Assembly: GCF_009914755.1 (NCBI RefSeq)
Contig: NC_060932.1
Direction: 5' to 3' (one strand)
Source: the human T2T-CHM13v2.0 reference genome, Homo sapiens
Length of the DNA: 64,000 nucleotides
The notes under the pieces are model-generated. The model saw only the letters and a list, made by a program, of their open reading frames with translations, ran no database searches and was not told the DNA's origin. The stretch's first letter is position 1. Each line of letters begins with the position of its first letter. Positions 43,957 to 56,505 of the stretch are shown in pieces. A program made the translations under genes and the position numbers.

Positions 43957-44161
43957 CTGTACTCATAGAGTAGCCCCTAATCAGGTGTGGCTCTTTAAAT
44001 TTAAATTTTAATTAATCATGTAAAGGTAAAAATTCATTTCCTCAGTCGCACTAACCACATTTCAAGTGCTCAGTAGCCAAATATAGCTAGTGGCTATTGT
44101 ATTGGACAACACGGATATAAAGCATTTACATTACCACATAAAGCTCTATTAGACGGCACTG
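43957..44161 (-). mobile_element. MER3 (hAT-Charlie) DNA transposon
   Basis: cctcagtcgcactaaccacatttcaagtgctcagtagcc...gctagtggctattgtattggaca; 8-bp TSD-like flanks ctctagaa / ttgtagaa. Confidence 0.85.
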
Positions 44162-44324
44162 TTGTAGAATATAAGAGAGAAACGCTATGTCTATATTAAA
44201 GGGGAAAACCCTAAATTCTCTAGATTAACAGCATGCACAGTGACCATTTAGAGGGCTACTGATCTAACCATTTATTTTTCTTCTCTTTTTATCCTTCAAT
44301 TATTAGTGAACCGGAAAATCCATG

Positions 44325-44359
44325 TATTCCATAAGACCATTCTATGGTCTTATGGAATA
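44325..44359. repeat. Perfect inverted repeat, 16-bp arms, 3-nt loop
   Basis: tattccataagaccat-tct-atggtcttatggaata. Confidence 0.95.
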
Positions 44360-46349
44360 AATAGTGTATTTTTGCTGAGAGTAAGAATTGTTGTCAAAAC
44401 TCACCCATTTAAAAAAAAAAACAAAAAAAACACCAAAACTTTACTGGACAGCAAGACACTGAAAATGCATACCACAATACAGCAGCAGAGTTGATTGACA
44501 TCAGATCTTTATAGACCGAAAGGAAAAAATCATTAGTGCAAAATAATGCATATGACTAGTGAGATTGGTAGCTTGATTATTGAGAATGGATTTGGGTCTC
44601 TGTAGAATGAACTGCCTGAGATCTCACTGTGGTCTTCAGGAAGGATTCTGTATGACTCCATGGGCCATAGCGATGGAGCCAAATAATACTGCAGATTGTT
44701 CATGCTGGCGCATCCTCAAGCACATGACAGCAAGTGAACCAGAGAATTCTGGTTTGAGTAGGGGTTGAAAGTCTCTTTGAGAAAGAAAAAATGTTAAACC
44801 ATGTAAATTCCAGCCTTCATAAACCAGTTCCCTGAAAACCACAGTGACTCAGCAGAAAAAGTGCTTATTTAAAGAAGTATTTCTAAATGGAGACTCACAA
44901 ACTCTGCATTTGATTAAGCTCACTTAAGAAGAAAACACCCTCATTTTGTGTTTGCCTATTATCTTCAAATGATTAAAATGATATCATTACCACTTATAAA
45001 TTTTATATCTCCCTTAAAGACCGCATTTTTAAAAACCACTTAAATGATACCATGCCACCATAAAAGGCAGTTTCTCCTCTCACTGAAATAATATTCCCTT
45101 AGGGGTAAGATTTACATCTCATGCAACGCCATGGGAGAATTAGACTCCAAAAGAGCAAAGAGAATCCTCATAGAGTTACATAGGATGAAAATTTGGCTCA
45201 GACGTTATTTTTTAGATGGAAATTGATAAACAGAATAAAAGTTAAAATATACAGAAATGGGGATCCAAGGTAACAATGCCTAAAGAAAGGAGTCTTTTGT
45301 TGTTGTTGTTTCCAGATTGTTTTTTTTCTCCCTTCTCTGAGCTATTTTGGCCCATTTTCTCGTGGTCTTTCTTACAGTTTTTGTGCTACTAAGACCTGTT
45401 AAAACGAAAAAGTAGGAATTCAAGTAAAAGTTAAAATGGCTCTTTGTTCTTCTTACCTTTCCTAATGGTTAGCTGTGAGTTGCATACTTCATGTGTCTCA
45501 GACTGTGAACTTAAAAACCAGACTTCTGACCTGAAATTATTGCATGGGATATGCTAACCACAGGGCACCAAGTACACAGAATGTCTCTTCTACATTCTTC
45601 AGGAGCCACCCCCTGGGCTGTGGCATCTTCCGATTTAGAAAACCAATGAGGTCTCATGCTTATTAGAATTGCAAATGTAAACCTCAAGATGTGTATGTTG
45701 GAAGTGCAGGCGTGATATATTTCATTTTTTTTCTTATAATCACTTTTATGCTTATATTTTTTGCATTGCTTTATTTTTGCTTTGTGGTCATCAAAAAATA
45801 TCCTAGTATATTTTGGTGCTAATTCCAAGACTGTATTCACTGCAGTCTACATATTATTATGCAAATAGCCCATAACAGCTCTTTGTAATTTCACAAATCC
45901 AGACTGTGAAGTTATTTCCCACTTAATGCAAAACATAATTTACTTTCTAGTTACATGTAATATTTCTATATTACATACTCTAAGCTTCTCCCAAATTACT
46001 TTTTGATTAATATCGTTTGGATAAAATTCAATTTTGCAACCTCAAACCATCTTACAGAATGTGGAAAATGTTATTTTATACCTGCATTAGGCATATTTTC
46101 AGATATTCCTAAAATGCTAATTGCTGATTTTAGAGACGTATGGCAAATAAATCCCATGAAATCTGTAAAAGAAACACGTGTACCTCAAAACATTGCCTTA
46201 TTTCTGTTGCTGTTGTATCTATTTATAGTTGTTAGTTTATGAGCTGTGGTTAGAACATTGCAAAATTCCAGGTGCTTTTTAAAAGAAGAAGCCAATATTA
46301 TTTCAGCTTGCAACCTGAAAAACTATACCACTGGGTTCAAAGAGTGTGC

Positions 46350-46530
46350 ATATGTTCAGGACACTGCTATATACCCTTAAACTTATTATCTTCTTTAATT
46401 ATTATAACAATTCTCTTTTTGTCCCCAGTTTGCAGACAAAGGAACTGATCCCAAGAAGAGTTTACTTGCCCAAGATGTCACAGCTATAAAATGGAAGAAC
46501 ATAATTTAACTCCCAGAAAGTTGGACTTCC
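46350..46530 (-). mobile_element. MIR
   Basis: gtccccagtttgcagacaaaggaactga...acttgcccaagatgtcacagct. Confidence 0.7.
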
Positions 46531-47259
46531 TAGAGTCTATCACAATGAGGAGAAATGCACATCTGAATGTTTAAGTCATCATGGAGAATATTAAAGAAAT
46601 TTTTGTATTTAGTTGCTAATTACTATTTACATCTCCTTGACATTTACAACATAATAATGGCTTGATTATTTAAAGGGATTGAGAAAAACAGTGCCAAACT
46701 TACTGGACACCTGCTATGTTCTCAGCACTGTGTCATTTCATATGATCAGCAAGAAAGTTTAAAAACTTTGTTTGATTATCCATTATGCTAAAATAAAGGC
46801 ACTTCGCTCTAATATTCAGATTTCTTAAATTGTTTTAAAATATACCTGAAAAAGAAGATTATAGTAAAATGATGGGTAAAATTAGAAACAAATGAGCAAT
46901 TGAATTGAAAGATTACTTGCCCATTTTCAACATTTGTCACAATATGAAGGTATTTGAGACATATAAGCACATAATATTATGGTAATACAGAATACATTTA
47001 AAGGTGACAAAATATTTTTCAAAAGCAGGAAGATATAAACTCCTTATCTATCTCTCTATTCATATATCTATCCATCCATTTTACTTTTGTACAAGAATCT
47101 TTGTAGAGAATAGTTTTTGTCACCTTATGCCATTCATTTGTAATAGCTCCAAATCTGTTTTTGCTGATAAACTTCAGTCACTAATAGCTCTGTGGCTTCA
47201 AAACATTTTCTTCCATTGGTTGGCGGTTGCCCCAAGGAAAAGATGAAATACAAAAAAGA

Positions 47260-47650
47260 TACTATGGTTTGAATGTCCCCTTTAAAACTCTTCTTGTAAT
47301 GGCAGTGGGAGGCAAAGTCTTTAAGAGTTGACTAGGTCATGAGGGCCCTGCCCTCATAAATGGATTAATGCCATTATGGGAGTGGGTTAGTTATCACAGG
47401 GGTGGGTTCCTGATAAAAGCATGAAACTTGGACCCCATTTCTTTCTCAGTATCTCACACTTACTTGCCTTTCTGCTTTCAGTCTTGAGATTACACAACAA
47501 AACAGTCCCTCCCCAGGTGGCCAAGCAGATGCTGACACCATGCCCTTGGACTTTCCAGCCTCCAGAACTGTGAGCCAAGTAAGTCTCTTTTCTTTATAAA
47601 TTACCTTTTCTATGGCATTCTGTTATAGTGACTGAAAACGGACTAAAACA
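47260..47650 (+). mobile_element. MaLR solo LTR (MST-like)
   Basis: tactatggtttgaatgtcccc...gccctcataaatggattaatgcc...ttggactttccagcctccagaactgtgagcc...gactaaaaca. Confidence 0.88.
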
Positions 47651-48539
47651 GAAGTTGCTGCTTCTTGGAACAATATGGTTTTTCCCTCTTCAGCTTCTGA
47701 GGGCTCCCCCTTACAATTACTACCGTCTTCTTAGTCTTCTTGTCCATCTACCCCATTGCCATCTCTGGTCAATTCTAGAACCACCATCATTCTCCAGTTA
47801 GAAGTTATTATTGTATACAAACAGCCTGGCTGACTAGATGTAACAAGTGTGAACACCTGCACATGAATAGAGGAAAAGTGTGGAGGAAACTCTGGGTGTA
47901 GCTTCAACCAAAGGTTTGTTTGGGTGACTGAAGGAAATCCAAGAGATAGCATAAGGCAATGCATGCATGTATCAGAAAGAGAGGAGAAAATTTATTTAGC
48001 TCAGAGGCAGCAAGCAGTCATCCCTACCCTCTCACTATGGGGAACTGCAAGAGGCATTCATTTACCGTTTTTATTTAAAAAAAGGAGCCAGGATCACACT
48101 TGGTTATCCCCTCTAAAATATAATCTTAAAATCAAGGATGCTGAATTATTTATATTTGTATCTGCAGGACTGCTATGCTGTCTGGTACATTGTTGGCACT
48201 TACTGTATAATTGAATAATGAAAGATGGAATTAATAAGTTTATATGTGACAGAGGATGATGGGTCACAGATAAAATACATTAGGAGATTGCAATAAATGT
48301 ATTGCAGGAAGGATTGATGTGTGTGCACACCTTGAGGGAATCCTGAGACAAGTGAGTCATGATGTAATATGTGAACAACCTAGAGAACCTGCCTGATCTT
48401 CACTCCCTTACCCCATCCAATCTTGGAGGTTTGCAGGTGACAATCCGCGAACCACCTGGATGTGGGTAGGCCTACCATTTAAAGGAGGTAGAGATTTAGA
48501 GGTATTCTGTATCTACTGATTTATTATTTCTGTTACTCA

Positions 48540-50010
48540 TTTATCTATTCATTCATCCATGAAACAGTTATTGAAGTCCTATTATGTGTTCCAGTAACTG
48601 TTCTAGGAACTAGGGATACAAAGATGAATGACACTGTCATTTTCCTTAGAAATCTGCAGTGGAGTAGGGGGAGTAATTATAATGGACTATAAGTGCCAGG
48701 ACAAAGTAATGGAACTAACAAAGGATATTGTGGGACCACAAAGTGGAGCCATGGACCATAGCCCTCGGAATCAGAGAAGGCTTCCTGGAGAAAGTGATGC
48801 CCTGAATTAAGTGCTGAAGGTTGAGTCTACCTTAGTCAACTATAGGAAAGAGGAGGGTAGAAGAGAAGAGCATCCCACACAGAAATTATGTATATGCCAA
48901 TGTGCAGTCATGAGATAGCAGACATATTTAGAAAAGTACATGAAGGTCAGTGTTGTGAGAACACTGTGTTTGATGTAGGAAATGACAGGAGATGAGGCTA
49001 AAAAGATGGGTTGGGGCCAGAGGATCTCCATTCAAATAAACTTGGCATTTCATTTCTAGGGCAATGGAAGATCATAGGAGAGTTTAAGGAACGTGATCAA
49101 ATTTACATTCAGGCGGCTTTTAGGTGACTGTGTGGTAGGTGGCTAGTGAGGCCTTTCTGGTAGTCCTGTGTGAGATGATGAAGGCTGGCCACAGGCAGTG
49201 CCAGTAGGGGTCAAGCAAGGGAGAGGAAGAGGGGAGCAGTCAAGGATGTCTCAATTTTCGGGTGTGAACGACTGAGTGAATGATGGTGCCTTTATCTGGG
49301 CAGGAGAATCTAGGAAAAACAGGTTCCAGAAAAAGGTGATGAGTTCAGTTTTGGATATGTTGAGTTTGAGGGCCTTGAGGGAAATCCAGGATGTGCATGA
49401 GTTAGTGCTATGGTTTAAATATTTGCATCCCCTCCAAACTACACATTGAAACTTAATCCCCAATGTAACAGTAGTAAGAGGTAGGACTTTAAGCTGTAAT
49501 TAAGGTCTGCCCTCATGGATGGGATTAATGCCTTTATAAACAAGGCTCAAGGGAACTATTAGCTGTTGTTATGATAAAAGGTCCTTTTGCCTTCTGCCAT
49601 CTAAGGATGCAACAAGGAGGTCCTATCTTGGCAGTAGAGAGCAGCCCTCGGCAGACATCAAATCTGCTGGCACCTTGATCTTGGGCTTCCTAGCCTCTAG
49701 AACTATGAGAAATAAATTTCTATTATTTATAAATCTCCCAGTCTGAGGTATTTTGTTCTAGCAGTAGGAATGGACTAAGATAGTTAGAAGCATCTAGAGC
49801 TAAGGAGGAGGCTGGGTTTTAAACAGAGAGTTTCCTCATATAGGTGGTCACTGAAACTGTGACTGAATGTGCAATCCAGAAACAGTGGATACCATTAGGA
49901 AAACCTTAAGAAACATCACTATTTAGTAGTTGAGAGAAGGAAAGTAAGCTCACCATGGAGAGAAAATAGTTTGAGAAGCACAAGGAATACAGTAAAGTAC
50001 AATGACAGGG
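48540..50010 (-). mobile_element. Antisense L2, split by an MST LTR
   Basis: attcattcatccatgaaacagttattgaag...; gatgagttcagttttggatatgttgagtttgag. Confidence 0.75.
49406..49782 (+). mobile_element. MaLR solo LTR (MST/MLT1A-like)
   Basis: tgctatggtttaaat...ggactaagata with a perfect 5-bp TSD GTTAG (49401-49405 and 49783-49787). Confidence 0.9.
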
Positions 50011-50049
50011 AAGTATTCATGCTTCCTCTTTACATGCTTTTCTTCTTCT

Positions 50050-50235
50050 GTGCTCCTGTAACATCATAAGCATATCTTTTGTTATAATAATTACTGCATG
50101 GCATTGACGATATTGATGTTTTTTCTTTTGCATCTGTCTTTTCCCACCAGACCAGAGGCTCCTACTGAACTGAAACTGTAGCTTAGCCATCATTGTATCT
50201 CTAATGCCAAGTACAGAGGACACACTCAATATATA
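50050..50235 (+). mobile_element. L2 3' fragment
   Basis: tctgtcttttcccaccagaccagaggctcc...cattgtatctctaatgccaagtacag. Confidence 0.55.
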
Positions 50236-50289
50236 ATACACCTTCAATATAATAGGCATACATAACAACACGAACATACACACATACTC

Positions 50290-50770
50290 TTATATGAGAC
50301 TATTTTGGTTGTAAGTTATAGAAACTCAACTTGAATTGACAGTGGCTCGTGGCATCTAAGGAAGAGTTGAACATTGAAGTCCTGTGAATGACAGAGAAGG
50401 ACTTCAGCTTCAGGAAGAGCAGGAACCAGGAAATTGAAGGCCCCAAATACTTTTTAATTTTTTGCTGCATTTTCTTTCCAGATGGCTTTAAAAAATCTTG
50501 AGAAATGTAACTACTGATAGCTTCTACATTAGCAGTTTACACCATCAACCATTGGACAGAAATTGGTCTGAGAATTTTAACTGGTGCGAGTCCAAAAATC
50601 CTGGGGAACAGATTCATTGGTTTAGTGTAGATTAGGTGACCATATGTGGACCAATTGACTGTGCCAAGGGGGCAAGTCACTGTCACAAAATGTCTACCCT
50701 CACTGAAACCATGAGGATGGGGGAAAATTCCACCCAGAAAGGGTGGTCTGCCACAGAAGATTATAACCTA
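50290..50770 (-). mobile_element. Old MaLR LTR (MLT1J/K-like)
   Basis: ttttggttgtaagttatagaaactcaact; ggaccaattgactgtgccaaggggg. Confidence 0.55.
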
Positions 50771-50849
50771 TTCAAAGGTCAGAGAGCATGAGAACTTGAG
50801 TAGAAATCTGATTCCGTGGAAATCTTGAGAATCCTGAAAATAGCCCACA

Positions 50850-51305
50850 GTGTGAAGCAGCACGGTGGAGGTGTTAAAAGTCTGGGCTCAGCAGAGCTTT
50901 CATCCCCAGCTGTATATCCTACTAGACCCTTGGCTTGGTGGAATTATTTTATCTGACTGAAGGCTTTTCCTGAGATGTAATATGAAGAAAATAACTATTA
51001 TTAGGTTGTTATAAAGATAAAGTGAGATAATATGATAATAATAGCTAGTATTTATTATGTTTATTAAAGGCCAGATATTGTTTTAAGTGTGTTGCATGTG
51101 TCTATGGGATATTTTTATTTTTATTTCCTTCAGAGAAGGAAACTGAGCTCCAACTTCCCAAGGTTTCACAGCCAGGAAGTGATGAGTTACAGTTTGACCC
51201 CAGTAGTCTTGTGCTAGAGTCCACACTACAAACCACTGTGTTCTATTGCCTCCCTTATTAGCTATTGTTATTATAATGCATGCAAAGGACTTACAGTACC
51301 TTCTC
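50850..51305. mobile_element. Sense MIR with an antisense MIR (51035-51255) nested inside
   Basis: Sense MIR 5' and core up to agtgagataatatg; then the antisense MIR (gaaactgagc...cccaaggtttcacagcc...aaccactgtgttctattgcctc); then aatgcatgcaaaggacttacagt. Confidence 0.6.
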
Positions 51306-51319
51306 CACAGTGGTGAAAC

Positions 51320-52200
51320 CAATTCATTTATTTGACTAATGTTTATTCTCTACTATATTGTAGACACAGTTCTAGATACTAGAAGTTGAGCTATAAAACA
51401 AAAATCCCTGATCTCATAAAGTTTACATTCTAGCCTGGGAAGAATATTGCATACATTAAAATCTATGAATAATTTTAAGTAGTGATCAATGTCACAAGAG
51501 AAATAAAATAGATCAATGACACAAAGCATGTCTGGATGCTATGGGAAAGGTGATGTCAGCTCAGAGGGTCAAGAATGGGCTCTCCGAGGAGGTGACATTT
51601 GACCTGAGATGTACATGATGAGAGAGAGACGGCCATGCAAAGACCTGAGGGAAGAATTTTTTCAGGCAGATGAAGTAGCACTGTCAAGACCCAGAAGGGG
51701 AATGACTGTGGGTTTGAGAAACACAAAAGGGACCAACCTGGTCAGAGGCAGGTGGGGTTGAGGGTAGAGGGTAGACGATGATTGATTAGATTATTAGGAA
51801 CTGTAGGGCATGGTGGATAATTTGGGACTTTTTTCCTTGATATAATGGGTAATTTTTAGGTTTTTATGCAGGGTTACTGATATTATCTGATTTAGACTTT
51901 GAGAAGATCAGTCTGACTGCAACCTTGAGAATGGAGAGTAGGCAGTAGGGAAAGCTGTAAGAGGACACAAAAGATGATGATGGCTCAGACTAGTGTTTTG
52001 GGTGCCAAGAAGTGGTCAGATTAAGAATATATGATGGAGGCAGCACTGACAAGAATTGTTAAGCCATTGAATGTGAGTATGAAGGAAATAGAAGAATTAA
52101 AAATAAATCTCAAGATTTAGCATAAGTTACAGGGAGGATGTAGAGATGAGAAAGAGAGGGGCCATGCTTGAGTGAGAAATCAAGGAATTCTGTGTTACGT
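51320..52200 (-). mobile_element. Antisense L2
   Basis: attcatttatttgactaatgtttatt...; gaggaggtgacatttgacctgaga; gatttagacttt gagaagatcagtctgactgc. Confidence 0.75.
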
Positions 52201-52919
52201 ATGTGAACTCTGTGACATAGAGTTGCAATCTATTGACACTAATGTGAACTATTAACCTATTGCAGCAGTCAGCTGTTTACCTTCCAATGATGTTATAGGG
52301 GAGAAATGAAAGTGGTTTGCAAATTATATACTGATTTGTATTGAAATTGAATTAAATTTAAACTGCAATTGGATTAGGATTTAAAATTTTTGCATTTTTG
52401 TAGCCTGGTGAATTGCTGTGTTCTGGAAAAAGCAGGAAATTATTCTTATATGATTTTTTATTGATCAGATTTAAGTTCTTTAGAGATCATGTATAACAAG
52501 CCTTTGGGTAGCAAATTGATCCACAAATTCTACAAATCTTGTTAGTTTGTAGCCCCATTATCTCGATCTAACTTTATTCCTGTTGACAGCTGGGACCTAA
52601 GGGAAGGCCTAGTCTGAAAGCTGAGTAACCTGGGACTCAGTTGCTCAGGCTACCATGACAATGGGGCACTCAATTCCTTCACCTTTTTTCTTCTGCTTTA
52701 GGGATAGAGATTGAATTTTCCCAGGGAGCAATTAAGTACAGGGCTGGTGATTGGTATGGTAGCATGGTCATTTTGTAGTTTTCTAGGAGTGGGAAGGACA
52801 GCCAATTACTGCTTCCCTGCAAATTTAGCCTAATTTCACTACATGGGGAATTGACCATCTTAGTTTTGCAGGTTGTCCACTCCTCATTTCTAAGTCTCTC
52901 ATTTGTGGCTCCCAGCTTT

Positions 52920-53121
52920 TTTTCTTTGTCTTTTTTTTTTTTTCAAGATCTTTTTTTTAAGATCTTTTTTAAGATATCCAGTATCTTGCCCAGGCTGGAG
53001 CACAGTGGCTATCTCAGGAGCAATCGTTGCTCACTGCAGCTTCAAACTCCTGGGCTCAAGCAATCCTCCTGCCTCTACCTCCAGAGTAGCTGGGACTACA
53101 GGCCCTGCCACCATGCCTGTT
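52920..53121 (-). mobile_element. FAM-like fossil Alu monomer
   Basis: Single monomer retaining the 7SL-derived segment (sense ...ctcctgagatagccactg, cf. gcctgtgaatagccactg); TSD gctcccagcttt / gcttccagcttt. Confidence 0.75.
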
Positions 53122-54929
53122 TGCTTCCAGCTTTGTGTCCCATCTTCATCATTGTGAAATGACCACCTAGATAACAAAGATATAGGGCAGGCGTGACCTG
53201 CAGCACCATCTGGAGAAAGTGCCCTAGGTCTTTCTCTTAATTATCTATGCATGACTGAGGTGTAACTTTTGTCCATGTACTCAATTTAAGAGACAGCGGG
53301 AAAGTGAAGTGCAAGGAACTCTGCGTCTTCTCCCTCCATTTCGGCCGTGGCAGCTCCACAATTTTCTGTTTTATATTTTGGGGTTGCAAATGAGGTTACA
53401 TGTGGAACTGCTGGGGAAAAAGTGTTTGAGATGTTCCATTTAAACAAATAGCTCTAAGACTTAAAAAACAAAACAAAACTAGACTAACAGGTCAGATTTG
53501 TGCCTTTCCTCTAACTTTAATTTACCTCCCATATGTGTTTCAGGAAAATAAAAATGGACTGGAGAGCTAAGGTGAAGAAAAGACGTGTATGTGTCCCTTA
53601 TTTACAACAATTTCTCACCAGGAAAAGGTGGCTGCTCAGAAGTAGGAAGGGAAGAATAAAACATCCTTGCTTTGAGCTCGGTGTCTTGGCCTGGATTTTC
53701 TTAATTTCTTTGGTTCTGGTTTAGATTGGAATCCTCATCAAGCTCATTTGTTGTTGAATAAAAAATTTAGTGATTGTTGCCTTTGTTGTTTACCAGTTTT
53801 CTAACCATTCCTATTGACTGATGTGCATGCAGTAAGAACAGTGGAATAACTGGGTTTTCGTTTTCTTTCTTTCTTCAAGTTACTGATGGGGTTTCAGGAT
53901 CACAGTTCAGAACTGATCAAAATAAAAATCTTCCCTCCAGTTATCTTAGGTCAAGCAGATGTGAATCAGCTTGTGGGTTTACCAGAATGATTTGTTATTT
54001 TCCATGGAAAACAAGAAAGTTCTGTGGACCAGCAGCTTCCTTCTGCCTCTCTCTCCTCCAGCACTTTAGTGCAGCCATTGTGTAATTGGGTTTCCAAAAA
54101 AAAAAAAAAAAACCTGAAAAAGTTTCTCAACTGCACCAACATACCAGGAACTTGTACTGCATCCAGAAATCCAGCAAGTCCTTCGGGAGCCTGGCAGACA
54201 GATTCTGGCGTCAACAGGTCACCCAGCTCCAGATCCAGCTAAAGGTCTACAAACAATGGAGCTATCCAAAAAGGCTGTGAGGCTCTAATACCTGGACCTG
54301 CCACAGATACTACTTTCAACTTCTGGGCTGGGTCCTATCAGTTATATCTGTAAGCTTTATGTAATAAGGCCACCATTAATGAGGTTCTTCTGTGTGCTCA
54401 AGGAAGCCCTTTTTTTTTCTTTAGTTTAGTTTCACTATGCATCTTAGGATCATTATTCTCTATGCAAGCCACTAATGGGCTGAACTAAAGTAACCTTGAA
54501 GAAACAGTATAAATACAACAGGACCTAATACTAATTACTTAGACTTCAAGGAACAAGTTTCAAATGAAGAGTCCTTCCTTTGAGGACTCTTCCCACTCTT
54601 CCCAGGAAGCCCTTCCCCTCGGTTGACATGGTTACTGCAGGGGTTTGCCATGGCCTTGTATGACCCTGTAAGACTGGTCAGTAAGAGTAGGCCCATTGAG
54701 GGAGCCCACTCACTATAGTTGATTGATCGGGGAAAAGACACTAGATCGAAGTCTGTTCACTGGGCTGACTGATTAAACGTGAGAAAGTCAGAGACACAGA
54801 ACAACTTCTCAGTGGCTAGAAGATATAATAGTGAAGAATCATTGGTGGCCATATTTGGTGTCATTTAAAAAAAGCCATTTTTTGTATGAAGAGAAAAGTA
54901 AAGGAACGTGCAGGGAGCCTCTCTCTGAA

Positions 54930-55250
54930 TTTGCCTTGCAGTCTCACACCTTCCTGCTCTGAATGAAGTTCTATCTTCTGCCTAAGTTGTTCTTCATTCC
55001 TGACTTTACCTTGTTAGCCCTACTTTTCTTTCAAGGTTTGGCTCAGGTATAATTTTCTCTGTGAATAATCCCTTTGGTTCCCCAGCCCTTGGTTCAATAA
55101 ACATCTTTCATTGCTCTGTGCCTCAGGTCTCCTCAGTCAATATGAAGAAACTTGAAGGCAGGAACTGTGACCTTATTCCTTTTGGTAATTCACATGACCA
55201 CCAAGCACAAGGCCAGGGACATCATAAGTTTGTTAAAAAATCATGAGTTT
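54930..55250 (+). mobile_element. L2 3' fragment
   Basis: ctttcaaggtttggctcagg...cttgaaggcaggaactgtgaccttattc...ccaagcacaaggccagggaca. Confidence 0.6.
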
Positions 55251-55829
55251 GACAAGTTGTTACACACCAACTCAACAGATGGAATGGCTGGGAGGAAGAC
55301 TTTTTGATTGGTCTTTGCTTTATCATTTCTCTTGGCAGCATAGGGGGAAAAACCTGATGTCCTCTGGTAGCATCTAGGGCTCATCATCCCAGCTGATAGC
55401 ATTCTTAGTGATGCCACATCAATTTCATCTCAAGACATACAGGTGCACAAGACTTATGTGTTGAATTAACAAAAGGTAGGAGAGCTTGATTTCATAAATA
55501 ATTTTCTACATTCACTCACCTGTAAACACAATTCCAGTGTTCACATATCTGGAAAGTGTGTATACCCCCGGGGGTCTATGGGTTGGGAGCAATGGGATGC
55601 AACCCTGAGAAGGGCTGTGAAATCTAGTGACCCAATATTATTGATGGGGATTCTAAGCTCCAGGCTGGCATGCAAGAGGGATATATCTACTCTATTTTGC
55701 TTCACCATCTGTTGACTATGCCACTACTTATGAGAAGTGACCTGATCTGTCATTCTTGGTACTGAAAAGAGTCATCAGCTTAGGTTTAGTAAACTTAGGG
55801 CTTAAATATATTAGCAAAGACTAGCATTC

Positions 55830-56505
55830 CATTTTATCCATTAATTAATTTATTCAACAAATATTTATTGAGTGCCTACTATGTGAACACAGCAGGGAGT
55901 AGAAACTGACATGTCCCTATTACAGTCTCGTGGAATTTACTTCCAGTAAAGAAGAGAGGCACATATGAATAAATTAATATAAAGTTTCTACTAATAGGTA
56001 CTATAGAAGAGAGATTGCCAGAGTTGTGAGAAATCCTAAGAGGATTTGACTGAGCCAGGGAAGTGATGGGAATCTTGCCCAAAGAAGGTGAAGAGAAGAA
56101 GAAAGACCACTCCAGAGTGAAAGAACAACATGTGCAAATTTTGTACAGCAGAACATAACACGGAAAGCTCAAGGTGCTGAAAGAAGGCTAGTGGCCCTGG
56201 AATTTAGGGAAGGGCAGAAAGGTAGCTGGAGAAGGGCCTGGGAGGGGTCCTACCATGTTTCAGGTGTTTGGCTTGATCCTGAGAGCAATGGGAAACTTTC
56301 AAAGTGTTTTGAGTCAAGTGAGGCAGTCAGATTTTCACTCTTAGAATACTTCCTCTGGTTGCAAGGTGTAAAATAGATTGGAGAACAGATGTGGTAGACA
56401 AGGTAGGAGGCTTCTAAGGCTCTGGTGAAAACTGATGGTGAATTGGACAAGGGTTGAGAGTGGAAGAGATATATGCAAGGGGATGGATTTGAGATATATT
56501 TAGTA
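55830..56505 (-). mobile_element. Antisense L2
   Basis: ttattcaacaaatatttattgagtgcctactatgtg is the canonical antisense L2 3' end; ggatggatttgagatatatttag. Confidence 0.8.

Noticed and set aside
53140-54920. Possible hAT remnant (~53150-53435) and old MLT1 fragments (~54250-54920)
   Set aside because: Too decayed to assign by eye; needs RepeatMasker.
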